64,000 bases of DNA from Bacillota bacterium (GTDB lineage Bacteria; Bacillota; Sulfobacillia; RBS10-35; JAJYVN01). Shown here in pieces: positions 45,010 to 53,170 of this stretch. Position 1 is the first letter of the stretch. The number at the start of each line of letters is the position of its first letter. The DNA lies in contig JAJZMB010000029.1 of the NCBI GenBank assembly GCA_021803205.1, forward strand, positions 1,765-65,764. The letters run 5' to 3'. The notes beneath the pieces are model-generated. The model was not told the origin of the DNA and did no database searches. It saw only the letters and a list, made by a program, of their open reading frames with translations. Position numbers and translations under genes: made by a program.

Positions 45010-46818
45010 ATGCCGCTCATCGTCCAAAGCGATCACACCCTCTTGCTGGAGGTGGACAATCCCCACTTCGCCGCCGCCCGTGACGACCTGCTGGCCTTCG
45101 CGGAACTGGTGCGGAGTCCGGAACACGTTCACACTTACCGGTTGACGCCGCTGTCTCTATGGAACGCCGCCGCGGCCGGCGCCGGACCCGAAGACGTCCT
45201 GGCCGCCTTGGACCGCTGGGGAAAGTTCTCCACGCCGGACAACATCCGGACCACGGTCCAGGACCAAGCCCGCCGGTTCGGCCGCATCACACTGGTCGCC
45301 GACAGCGGGGATCTGTACCTGACGTCGGCCGAACCGCTCCTGCTCGACGAGGTCTGGAGCCATAAATCCGTCCGCCCGCATCTCGCCGCCCGCGTCGCTC
45401 CCGGCCGGATCCGCGTGCGCCCGTTGGCACGCGGACACGTCAAGCAGGCGTTGCTCAAGGTGGGCCACCCTGTGCTGGACCGTGCAGGGTACACGCCGGG
45501 CACACCTCTTCCGCTGCAGCTCCTCCCCGCCACCCGCGACGGGCAAGCCTGGTCCCTGCGCGCCTATCAGAGGGAGGCGGTCGAAGCCTTCTGGGGGGGC
45601 GGTGGGCCGGCGGGCGGCAGCGGCGTCATCGTCCTGCCCTGCGGCGCGGGGAAGACGCTTGTGGGCATCGGCGCCATGGGTCAGGCCCAGGCACAGACGT
45701 TGATCCTTTGCGCCAACACCACCTCGGTTCATCAATGGATGCAAGAGATTTTGCAGCGCACAAACCTCGGCCCGGATCAGGTGGGAGAATATACCGGCGC
45801 GGTCAAGGAAATCTATCCGGTGACCGTGGCCACCTATCAGATCCTCACCCACCGGACAAGGCGCCGCCGCGGTGCGGGGGATGAGGCGCCGTCCGGCCGG
45901 CGACCGCAACCGACGACGGCCGCTGAGGCCGAGGTCGAATTTCCCCACCTGCGGCTTTTTCAGGAGCGGAACTGGGGCCTGGTGATCTACGACGAGGTCC
46001 ACCTCCTCCCGGCGCCGGTGTTCCGCGTCACCGCCGACATCCAGGCCCGCCGGCGACTGGGCCTGACGGCTACTCTGCTGCGCGAGGACGGGCGCGAGGA
46101 GGACGTTTTCGCCCTGATCGGACCGAAGAAGTTCGAAGTGCCATGGCGCGTGCTCGAAGGGCAGGGCTGGATCGCCACCGCCGTCTGCCACGAATTGCGG
46201 GTCGACCTGCCCGCGGCGCTGCGCCCTGCCTATTCGGTCCTCGACGGGGCCGACAGGTTCCGCTTGGCCGCCGAAAATCCAGTGAAGATCGAATTGGTGC
46301 GCGAATTGCTCCTGCGTCACCCGGACGAACGCATCCTGGTGATCGGCCATTACATCGATCAGTTGGCCGCGCTGGCATCCGCCCTGCAGGCTCCACTGCT
46401 CACCGGGCAAACCCCGCAGCGCGAGCGTGAAAAGCTTTTCTCCGCCTTTCGTGCAGGGGAGATATCCGTGCTGATCGTCAGCCGGGTCGCCAATTTCGCG
46501 ATCGACCTTCCAGATGCGAGCGTGGCCATTGAAGTTTCTGGATTATATGGATCGCGGCAGGAAGAGGCGCAACGTCTCGGCCGGATCCTGCGTCCGAAGA
46601 CGGACGGGCGCCCCGCCACCTTTTACGCCCTCGTCAGCCGCGACACCGTCGAGCAGGACTTCGCGCACAAACGTCAGCTGTTTTTGACCGAGCAGGGCTA
46701 CCGCTACGTGATCCGCCATGCCGAGCGTGCGGCAGAGGACGAAGTGGCGACGCGGGGCGGAGATGCGGTCACCTCTGCCGGAGACAACGACGTGCCGCTG
46801 TGGCGCATCGGACGATGA
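45010..46818 (+). CDS. XPB/Ssl2 (ERCC3/RAD25)-type superfamily 2 DNA helicase
   Basis: N-terminal damage-recognition-like domain (MPLIVQSDHTLLLEV...HTYRLTPLSLWNA). Helicase motifs: LPCGAGKT (I), YDEVHLLPA (II, DEVH), GLTATLLRED (III) and SRVANFAIDLPDASV...GSRQEEAQRLGRILR (V/VI). Confidence 0.85.
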   Translation: MPLIVQSDHTLLLEVDNPHFAAARDDLLAFAELVRSPEHVHTYRLTPLSLWNAAAAGAGPEDVLAALDRWGKFSTPDNIRTTVQDQARRFGRITLVADSGDLYLTSAEPLLLDEVWSHKSVRPHLAARVAPGRIRVRPLARGHVKQALLKVGHPVLDRAGYTPGTPLPLQLLPATRDGQAWSLRAYQREAVEAFWGGGGPAGGSGVIVLPCGAGKTLVGIGAMGQAQAQTLILCANTTSVHQWMQEILQRTNLGPDQVGEYTGAVKEIYPVTVATYQILTHRTRRRRGAGDEAPSGRRPQPTTAAEAEVEFPHLRLFQERNWGLVIYDEVHLLPAPVFRVTADIQARRRLGLTATLLREDGREEDVFALIGPKKFEVPWRVLEGQGWIATAVCHELRVDLPAALRPAYSVLDGADRFRLAAENPVKIELVRELLLRHPDERILVIGHYIDQLAALASALQAPLLTGQTPQREREKLFSAFRAGEISVLIVSRVANFAIDLPDASVAIEVSGLYGSRQEEAQRLGRILRPKTDGRPATFYALVSRDTVEQDFAHKRQLFLTEQGYRYVIRHAERAAEDEVATRGGDAVTSAGDNDVPLWRIGR

Positions 46819-48878
46819 AGCTCGCGGACGCCCTGCGGGGCTTGCCCGAACGCTCGCTTGGCCCTTACCGGACCGTCGCGGGGTTGCCCGCGGCGGGGAT
46901 TGCGGAATTGGTCGCGCGTCTCTCCGATCCGGAACGGGTCGCTCACGCAGTGCATACCCTGCCTCCGGGCCCCCTACTTGCGCTGCGCATCCTGTGGTTT
47001 CATACCGCGCCGAACATGGCCCCGTGGCTGTTTCACACAGTATTCATCAGCAACGGCGGCGCCACTGGGGCCGACCGGGCAGTCGAGACCCTGGTGGAAC
47101 AGGCCATCCTGGTGCCCCCGCTCTCCGCGGGGGGACAATACGTCATCGCGGAGGAGATCCGCCCCACACTGCTCCAACTGGTCATGCGGGAATGGCTGCC
47201 CACCAGCGGCTTCTACCTCCCCGCCGGAGAGGTACCCCTGCAGATCCACGCGACAGACCCGGCCGCCGTCGTTTCGGACTTCGTGCGCGTGCTTGGCGTC
47301 CTACCTGCTGGCATACGCGTACGTCAGCAGGACATCCTGCCCTACCAGGCGGATCAGCGCCGCCTCTCCGCCGCCCTGGACCGTTCGGCCTTACCGGCCC
47401 TGCCCCCTCTGGTTCCCGGAGCCATTCCGTGGGAGGGCTACGCACCGGAGGTCGGACCATTGTTCTCGGTGGCCGTGGCCTTCGGCCTGGTGGAGGCGCG
47501 CGAGGGAGTCTGGACGGATTCTTCCCACGTCCTGGAGTGGGTGAATCTTCCTCCGGAGGTGCAGTGGTCGGGGCTGTTACAGGTCTGGGCCACCCTCTGC
47601 GCCACACACCTGGACGATCCGCTGGCCCGAGGCGTTTACGACTGCCTGCGCAGCGGGGTCTGGTGCAGGCCGGCCGCACTGGCAAGATGGTTGGCGCAGT
47701 TCACCACGTCGGGGCAGCACCGGCTGGTCGCCGCCGTACACAACGTGATCGTCGCCTTCGGGGTGCGGGTCGGCGCCCTGGAATGGGGTCACGCCGCCAG
47801 CGTGGCGGCACCTGCCTCCGCTGCCGACGGCGGTCGGCCGGAGCCCGTTCCGGCTCCTGAGGATTGTGCGGTGCGCCTGCGTCCGGAAGCGGCCCACGCC
47901 CTCGCCGGCAACATGACTCCGCTCGACTTTCCCCGGTTCGACGAGGCTCCGCTGGCGCAGGGAACCTTCGAAATCCTGACCGGACCCCGAACACCGCCAG
48001 CCCTCGTCTGGCTGCTGGAGTCATGGGCGGAACGCGAAGCCGTCGACCGTTTCACGACCTACCGGTTGACACGCCGCTCGGTCGGGGCCGCCGCACGCCG
48101 CGCCGGGTGCGCAGAGGATCTGTTGAACGCGCTGGCGGGCTCTCCGGGGGGCGTTCCGCAGAACGTTGATTTCAGTATCCGGGAATGGGCCGCCGAAGTT
48201 GTTCACCTGACGGCGGAACTCGCCCTGATCCTGCGCTGCGCGGATGAAACGGCTGCCGAGCGTGCCGCGCGCACCGGCGCGTTCAGGGGGTGTGAACGCC
48301 TGGGCCCCACGGCATGGCGGGTTCCGGCCGACCGAGCCGGCACCGTCTGGCGCGCCCTCACGGATGCCGGTTGCGATGTGGAGGGCAACCTGCAGGATTT
48401 CCGCGATCGACTTGCCGGTCGTCTGCACAGGCCCGTGCGTACCGACGCGCCCCCCCCCCAACTGCCCTGGCCCGGCGTACCGCACCTACCCCTGCCCACG
48501 CCAACGGCGCACAGACAGTCCGCGGCAGGGCACGGGATGGGCGAAAAGGCGCCGGCACAACCATCGGATGTCCGTCCACACACGCCGACCCGTACCGTTC
48601 CCCGCCCGGAGCCCGTGCGCAACGCTCCGCGGCTATCCCCCCGCTCTCTCGGGGATACCCTCCCGGTGGTCATGCGTCTCACACGACGCGAAGTCTGCCG
48701 TGCACTCCAGCGCGGAATGCGCCTCGGCCGCCCGGTCGGTTTGGCCGACACCGCCGGCGGCACCCATGTCCTGATCGTGCAGGACCTCACCGCCGATTCC
48801 GTGGCCGGCTACTGCACATGCTGCCATGAGGACCATCGACTGCCACTGCGCACAATCGCCGCCACCGTCCGGCCGTGA
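46815..48878 (+). CDS. Helicase-associated protein of unknown function (687 aa), containing a second XPB-N-terminal-like domain
   Basis: ATG 46815 overlaps the XPB stop (ATGA). Residues around TTYRLTRRSVGAAARRAGCAEDLLNALAG...VPQNVDFSIREWAAEV parallel XPB's HTYRLTPLSLWNAAAAGAGPEDVLAALDRW...TPDNIRTTVQDQARRF. No catalytic motif was recognised by eye. Confidence 0.7.
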   Translation: MKLADALRGLPERSLGPYRTVAGLPAAGIAELVARLSDPERVAHAVHTLPPGPLLALRILWFHTAPNMAPWLFHTVFISNGGATGADRAVETLVEQAILVPPLSAGGQYVIAEEIRPTLLQLVMREWLPTSGFYLPAGEVPLQIHATDPAAVVSDFVRVLGVLPAGIRVRQQDILPYQADQRRLSAALDRSALPALPPLVPGAIPWEGYAPEVGPLFSVAVAFGLVEAREGVWTDSSHVLEWVNLPPEVQWSGLLQVWATLCATHLDDPLARGVYDCLRSGVWCRPAALARWLAQFTTSGQHRLVAAVHNVIVAFGVRVGALEWGHAASVAAPASAADGGRPEPVPAPEDCAVRLRPEAAHALAGNMTPLDFPRFDEAPLAQGTFEILTGPRTPPALVWLLESWAEREAVDRFTTYRLTRRSVGAAARRAGCAEDLLNALAGSPGGVPQNVDFSIREWAAEVVHLTAELALILRCADETAAERAARTGAFRGCERLGPTAWRVPADRAGTVWRALTDAGCDVEGNLQDFRDRLAGRLHRPVRTDAPPPQLPWPGVPHLPLPTPTAHRQSAAGHGMGEKAPAQPSDVRPHTPTRTVPRPEPVRNAPRLSPRSLGDTLPVVMRLTRREVCRALQRGMRLGRPVGLADTAGGTHVLIVQDLTADSVAGYCTCCHEDHRLPLRTIAATVRP

Positions 48879-48924
48879 GGCCCCTGCGCCCCGCCCGCGG
48901 CAAGCCCAGAGGGCGACGCAACAC

Positions 48925-49488
48925 CTACTCCTGCATATGCCGCGCCAAGAATCCCGCCGCAGTCTGAGTCAGCTTCTGCTCCAGTTCTCCGAAAGACACC
49001 CCCGTCGTCGTGGTCGCCAAGAGGACGGCGCCCACCGGATCACCACCCACGACCACCGGCGCGACGACCTCGCTCTGGAAGGGGCATGGCGCCGTACCAG
49101 TCACGTCCAGCAGAGCCGGCCCCTGATGATTGTGGGCGCGCGGCGTGAAGGTCAGCGTCTCTCGGTTCTCCATGGCCCGCAGCACCGGTTGCCCGATGCG
49201 CTTGCCCAGGTATTGTCGCTCGGGGCCGCCGGCCACGGCGACGATCTCGTCTCGATCGCTGAGCAACGCGAGTTGCTGGGTGGTCTCATGCAGGGAATTG
49301 ACAATACCCTGTCCGAATGGACCGAGTTCGGCGATTGCGGAGTATTTCTTGAGGATCACTTCGCCGTTCTTATCCACGAAAATCTCCAGCGGGTCACCGT
49401 CGCGGATGTTCATGTCACGGCGGATCTCGATAGGGATAACGATTCTTCCCAGATCGTCGATGCGGCGCACAATGCCGGTGGCCTTCAA
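48925..49488 (-). CDS. spoVT: Stage V sporulation protein T (AbrB-family regulator with GAF-like C-terminal domain)
   Basis: (M)KATGIVRRIDDLGRIVIPIEIRRDMNIRDGDPLEIFVDKNGEVILKKY SpoVT/AbrB swapped-hairpin N-terminus. 187 aa. TTG start with a GAAGGGGTGA RBS. Confidence 0.9.
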   Translation of the reverse strand: MKATGIVRRIDDLGRIVIPIEIRRDMNIRDGDPLEIFVDKNGEVILKKYSAIAELGPFGQGIVNSLHETTQQLALLSDRDEIVAVAGGPERQYLGKRIGQPVLRAMENRETLTFTPRAHNHQGPALLDVTGTAPCPFQSEVVAPVVVGGDPVGAVLLATTTTGVSFGELEQKLTQTAAGFLARHMQE

Positions 49489-49525
49489 CCGCTGTCACCC
49501 CTTCGGCGATTGGGGTCTCCGGCGG

Positions 49526-49557
49526 TAGTAATGGCCCGATAGCGGCAACCGTTATAC
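49526..49557 (-). promoter_or_regulatory. Candidate forespore (sigma-G/F-like) promoter of spoVT
   Basis: Minus strand reads GTATA-19 nt-CATTACTA, about 35 nt upstream of the start. Same architecture as the promoter upstream of the SASP gene at 50479. Confidence 0.35.
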
Positions 49558-49734
49558 GGGCGAACGCAAAAAGGGCGACGCACCGCGTGCGGCGGACATC
49601 CGATGAATCAGGCGCGCCCGATCCGGGAGGGCCAACTGGCGCGGTTGGAATTGAAGAGGGGATGGATCAGCCGGGGGCCGCGCACAGGGAGCCGGGGACA
49701 GAGAATTGGCCGCTGGCGTGTCTGCCAGCCATGC

Positions 49735-50094
49735 TCAGGCGCGCCGACGCGCCGGTTCCTCTCCGGTCAACCGTGAGATATAGGTCCGCACCAGTTCCGC
49801 GATAATCTCATCCCGCTCCAGGCCGGTCATCAGGGCGCGGGCATTCTGGTAGCCGGTGATGTATGTCGGTTCTCCGGACAGCAGGTAGTGGGCGATCTGA
49901 CCGATGGGGTCATAGCCCTTCTCCTGCAGTGCCCGGTACACAGCCAGCAACACTTCCCGGCTCTCCGGCCGCGCCGACTCCGCGCCTGACCCCAAGGGCT
50001 CATTGCCGGTTTTGGGCACTCTCAGGCTGCGGGTCAGTCCCGCGTCGCCGCTGGACGGCGTCTCCTGGAATCGGCTCGCATCTTGATTGGACAT
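49735..50094 (-). CDS. ireB: IreB family regulatory phosphoprotein (UPF0297/DUF965)
   Basis: LLAVYRALQEKGYDPIGQIAHYLLSGEPTYITGYQNARALMTGLERDEIIAELVRTYI is the UPF0297 core. ATG 50094 has a GGGAGAGGCGAGG RBS. Confidence 0.75.
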   Translation of the reverse strand: MSNQDASRFQETPSSGDAGLTRSLRVPKTGNEPLGSGAESARPESREVLLAVYRALQEKGYDPIGQIAHYLLSGEPTYITGYQNARALMTGLERDEIIAELVRTYISRLTGEEPARRRA

Positions 50095-50205
50095 GGCCGC
50101 CTCGCCTCTCCCGGTCGGCCACGCCACAAAACGCCGGGTGGGCGCCCTGACCGGTACCCCAGTCACTTCGGCCCGGTGACGCCCGCTCCTTCCACGCAAG
50201 CGCCA

Positions 50206-50232
50206 GGGCCACGGGTCAAAAACCCGCGGCCC
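50206..50232 (-). terminator. Terminator-like hairpin downstream of the SASP gene
   Basis: GGGCCACGGG-tcaaaaa-CCCGCGGCCC, a 10-bp stem with one mismatch, 14 nt after the stop. Confidence 0.45.
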
Positions 50233-50245
50233 TGAACGCGGCTCG

Positions 50246-50479
50246 TCAGCGCGAGCGAAACTCCGACCGGCCGGCGAGCTGCTGCTCCGCCAACTCGATC
50301 ATGCGCCGGACCATGTGTCCCCCGACCGCGCCGTTCTGGCGCGAGGGGATGTCGCCGCCGTAACCTCCGTGCGCCTCGTAATTGACGCCGATCTCGCTGG
50401 CCGCCTCGAACTTCAACTGCTCGAGGGCCGCTTCGGCACCGCGCACGACGGTCCGATTGGACTGTTGACCCGTGGCCAC
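50246..50479 (-). CDS. Alpha/beta-type small acid-soluble spore protein
   Basis: (M)ATGQQSNRTVVRGAEAALEQLKFEAASEIGV...GDIPSRQNGAVGGHMVRRMIELAEQQL. 77 aa. GTG start with a GGAGGTGA RBS. Confidence 0.9.
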   Translation of the reverse strand: MATGQQSNRTVVRGAEAALEQLKFEAASEIGVNYEAHGGYGGDIPSRQNGAVGGHMVRRMIELAEQQLAGRSEFRSR

Positions 50480-50510
50480 CTCGCTGTCACCTCCCCGCCG
50501 GAAGTGGGCC

Positions 50511-50541
50511 TAGTATGGCGACGGCGCGGAGATGGCTATGC
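50511..50541 (-). promoter_or_regulatory. Candidate sigma-G type promoter of the SASP gene
   Basis: Minus strand reads GCATA-19 nt-CATACTA. CATACTA fits the CATxxTA -10 and GCATA the GHATR -35. The spacer is 1-2 nt longer than the B. subtilis norm. Confidence 0.45.
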
Positions 50542-50691
50542 CGCAAAAAGTTGGTGTGGCATCCGGGCGCGTTGCGCCGCAGGGCGGCGGCAGGCCTGCA
50601 CTGGGACAGCAACGAACGCCGAACTGCTCGCGCCAATAGTCCAGCCGACGGCGGTGCGCGCCGAGGGCGGCCATGGCAGTAGGAGTCCGTT

Positions 50692-50782
50692 GCCAAAGGC
50701 TCCTCTTGCGGCAGCCTCGGGCTCCAGAGCCTTGTCCCCTAAGGGATTCGAGATCGCGGGCGCCGCCGAAACCGACTTTTGC
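50692..50782 (-). repeat. 91-nt intergenic repeat, copy U2 (left member of a divergent inverted pair)
   Basis: Reverse complement reads GCAAAAGTCGGTTTCGGC...CCCTTAGGGGACAAGGCTCTGGAGCC...GCAAGAGGAGCCTTTGGC. Exactly 91 nt. Confidence 0.85.
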
Positions 50783-50789
50783 AGGGCCG

Positions 50790-50880
50790 TCACAGTGCGG
50801 TCTCCGCACCGGTCGCGAAGCGTGGAACCCCGGGGCGCAGAGATCTTCGAGCCAGCGGCCGCGCAAGAGCGGACTTTTGC
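50790..50880 (+). repeat. 91-nt intergenic repeat, copy U3 (right member of the inverted pair)
   Basis: ...GCGGTCTCCGCACCGGTCGCGAAGCGTGGAACCCC...GAGCCAGCGGCCGCGCAAGAGCGGACTTTTGC. The 3' half is almost identical to U1. Confidence 0.8.
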
Positions 50881-50963
50881 CGCGGCCACCTGGACCGATC
50901 CCCCGATACTGACGGCGGCGGACCTGGGATAGGCCGGGACGACCCGCCCTGCGCCGCCCCAGC

Positions 50964-53036
50964 CTATCCCGCCTGTGCCCGACTTTCCGGCTGTGCCAGC
51001 ACCGCCTCGGTAACAATGGCCACGCCCCGCTGCATCTCCGCGTCGGTAACCGTCAGCGGCGGCATCAGCCGCAAGACGGTCCCGGCCGTGCAGTTGACAA
51101 GCAGCCCCCGCGCGCGACAATCGGCCACGACCCGCGGACCAAGGGCGGAACCCCCGTCGAGTTCGATCCCGGTCATCAGCCCGAGGCCACGGATTTCCTT
51201 CACCGAAGGGCATCCCGCGAGAGCCTGTGCCAGCAATGACCGGAAGTGCGCACCCGCGGTCGCGCCGCGCTCTGCCAGACCCTCCGCGACCAGGACCTCC
51301 CAGGCAGCCAGCGCCGCCGCGGCCACTATGGGGTTGCCCCCGAACGTACTGGCGTGATCCCCCGGCTGCAGGGCTTCCGCCCACGGTTCCGCCGCCAGGA
51401 ACGCCCCCATCGGCAGGCCAGCCCCCAGGGCCTTGCCCAGCGTCAATACGTCGGGCCGGACCCCGTAGTGCTGAAAGGCGAAGAGCGCGCCAGCCCGCCC
51501 AAGCCCACACTGCACCTCGTCGAAGATGAGGCATGCCCCGTACCGGTCGCACAGATTCCGCAGCCGGCGTAGGAACGCCGCCGACGCCGGACGCACGCCG
51601 CCCTCCCCCTGGATGGGCTCGACGATCACGCCAGCCGTCTCTGGACCGATCGCAGACTCCAAGGCGTCCGCGTCGTTCCAGGGCAGTTCGCGGAAGCCGG
51701 GCAGCATGGGGCCGAAGCCCTCCTGGTAGCCCCGCGTCACGGCGAGCGCACCATAGGTGCGCCCGTGGAAGGAGTGATGGAAGGAGGCGATCTCGGTCGC
51801 CGGCGGCCGCCCGGCCGCGCGCGCCGCACGCCAGGCGGCCTTCCGCGCCAGTTTCAGCGCGCCCTCGGTCGCCTCGGCGCCGCTGTTGCAGAAGAACACG
51901 CGGCCCGGGAAGGCTGCTCCGGCAAGGGCTTCGGCCAGCCGCAATTGCGGCAGGGTATGGTACAGGTTGCTTGTGTGTCCAAGAAGGCCCGCCTGGCGCC
52001 GGATCGCCTCGACCACCTTCGGGTGGCAATGGCCGAGATTGGTCACGCTGATCCCGCAGAGGAAATCGAGGTACTCGCGACCCTCTGCGTCCCATACGCT
52101 ACTGCCGCTGCCGCGGATGAGCACCACGGGATTGCGGGCATAGGTGTGCATGACGTAAGCCCTGTCGGCGGCGAACACCTCGGCGGAATCAGGTTGGGCG
52201 GTCTCCGCAGACGACCGCCCAACCTCCGACACGAAGACCGTTCCCGCCGACTCCCGAGCAGCCACGGCATCCGCCACCGCACCCTCCCGCCGGCCGTCGA
52301 CGATCCAGGCCGAGCGCACCCCGCCCCGCAGGGCGCGCAGGCAGGCATCCACCTTCGGCCGCATACCGCCGGTGACAACTCCCTCCGCCATCAGGCGGAC
52401 GGCGGTCGCGGCGTCGCAGGTGGGCAGCGGCCCGTCGCGCCCCGGGACCAGCAACCCGGGAACGTCCGTAGCCAGGCACAGGCACTCGGCGCCAAGGGCG
52501 GCCGCGATGTCCGCGGCAGCGTCGTCGGCGTTGACATTGTATGGTACGCCGTCCCGACCCGCAGCCACGGGCGCCACGACCGGAAGGAAGCCAGCACGCC
52601 GCAGGCCGTCCAGAACCTCGGTCCGCACCCGCGTGATGGTGCCCACCTGCCCCAGGTCGAGGGGACGGCCGTCTTCGCCCGCCAGCGCCAGCGGCGCGGC
52701 CTCGAGGATGTGCGCGTCACGCCCGCCCACGCTCAGCGCCGTGGCCCCGGCATCCGTCAGGGCCCAGGCGATACCCTTACCCACCAGACCAAGCGCCATT
52801 TCGGCCAGCGCCACAGTATCGGGGTCGCTGTAGCGCAGACCGGCGACGAAGCGCGTCTGCAGCCCGGCCCGCTCGGACCAGCGCGTGATCTCCGGCCCGC
52901 CGCCGTGGACAATCACGACATTGCGACCTTCCCGCCAGAGCGCGATCACATCGCGGAGCGCAGGGAGGAGCCCGCCCCCAACCGCCACGGCGGCCCCGCC
53001 GATCTTGACGACGATGCTCCCAGGCTCCTGCGCCAC
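50964..53036 (-). CDS. argB-argD: Fused acetylglutamate kinase (ArgB, about aa 1-269) and acetylornithine aminotransferase (ArgD, about aa 289-690)
   Basis: One uninterrupted 690-codon frame. The N-terminal part has VVKIGG...VIVHGGGPEI...YNVNADDAAADIAAAL...TGGMRPKV. After the linker SEVGRSSAETAQPDSAEVFAA comes YVMHTYARNPVVLIRGSGSSVWDAEGREYLDF...CNSGAEATEGALKLAR...DEVQCGLGRAG...TLGKALG. GTG start with a GGGGGGAGTGA RBS. Confidence 0.85.
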   Translation of the reverse strand: MAQEPGSIVVKIGGAAVAVGGGLLPALRDVIALWREGRNVVIVHGGGPEITRWSERAGLQTRFVAGLRYSDPDTVALAEMALGLVGKGIAWALTDAGATALSVGGRDAHILEAAPLALAGEDGRPLDLGQVGTITRVRTEVLDGLRRAGFLPVVAPVAAGRDGVPYNVNADDAAADIAAALGAECLCLATDVPGLLVPGRDGPLPTCDAATAVRLMAEGVVTGGMRPKVDACLRALRGGVRSAWIVDGRREGAVADAVAARESAGTVFVSEVGRSSAETAQPDSAEVFAADRAYVMHTYARNPVVLIRGSGSSVWDAEGREYLDFLCGISVTNLGHCHPKVVEAIRRQAGLLGHTSNLYHTLPQLRLAEALAGAAFPGRVFFCNSGAEATEGALKLARKAAWRAARAAGRPPATEIASFHHSFHGRTYGALAVTRGYQEGFGPMLPGFRELPWNDADALESAIGPETAGVIVEPIQGEGGVRPASAAFLRRLRNLCDRYGACLIFDEVQCGLGRAGALFAFQHYGVRPDVLTLGKALGAGLPMGAFLAAEPWAEALQPGDHASTFGGNPIVAAAALAAWEVLVAEGLAERGATAGAHFRSLLAQALAGCPSVKEIRGLGLMTGIELDGGSALGPRVVADCRARGLLVNCTAGTVLRLMPPLTVTDAEMQRGVAIVTEAVLAQPESRAQAG

Positions 53037-53156
53037 GGAAGGTCACTCCCCCCGGCCCGCCCCGGGGCCAAGGCCGCGGGCAGAGCCACTTCGTATATTT
53101 ACCCGTTTCCTCTGCCGAAATCTATGCGCTCCGGAAGGCGGCATATCCATCGCTTA

Positions 53157-53170
53157 TGCATAGTTATACA
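53157..53170 (-). promoter_or_regulatory. ARG-box-like half-palindrome in an AT-rich island upstream of argB-argD
   Basis: Minus strand reads TGTATAACTATGCA, against the ArgR/AhrC core TGAAT-N4-ATTCA (10 of 14 by eye). It lies in the only markedly AT-rich stretch of the argC to argBD spacer. Confidence 0.25.
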
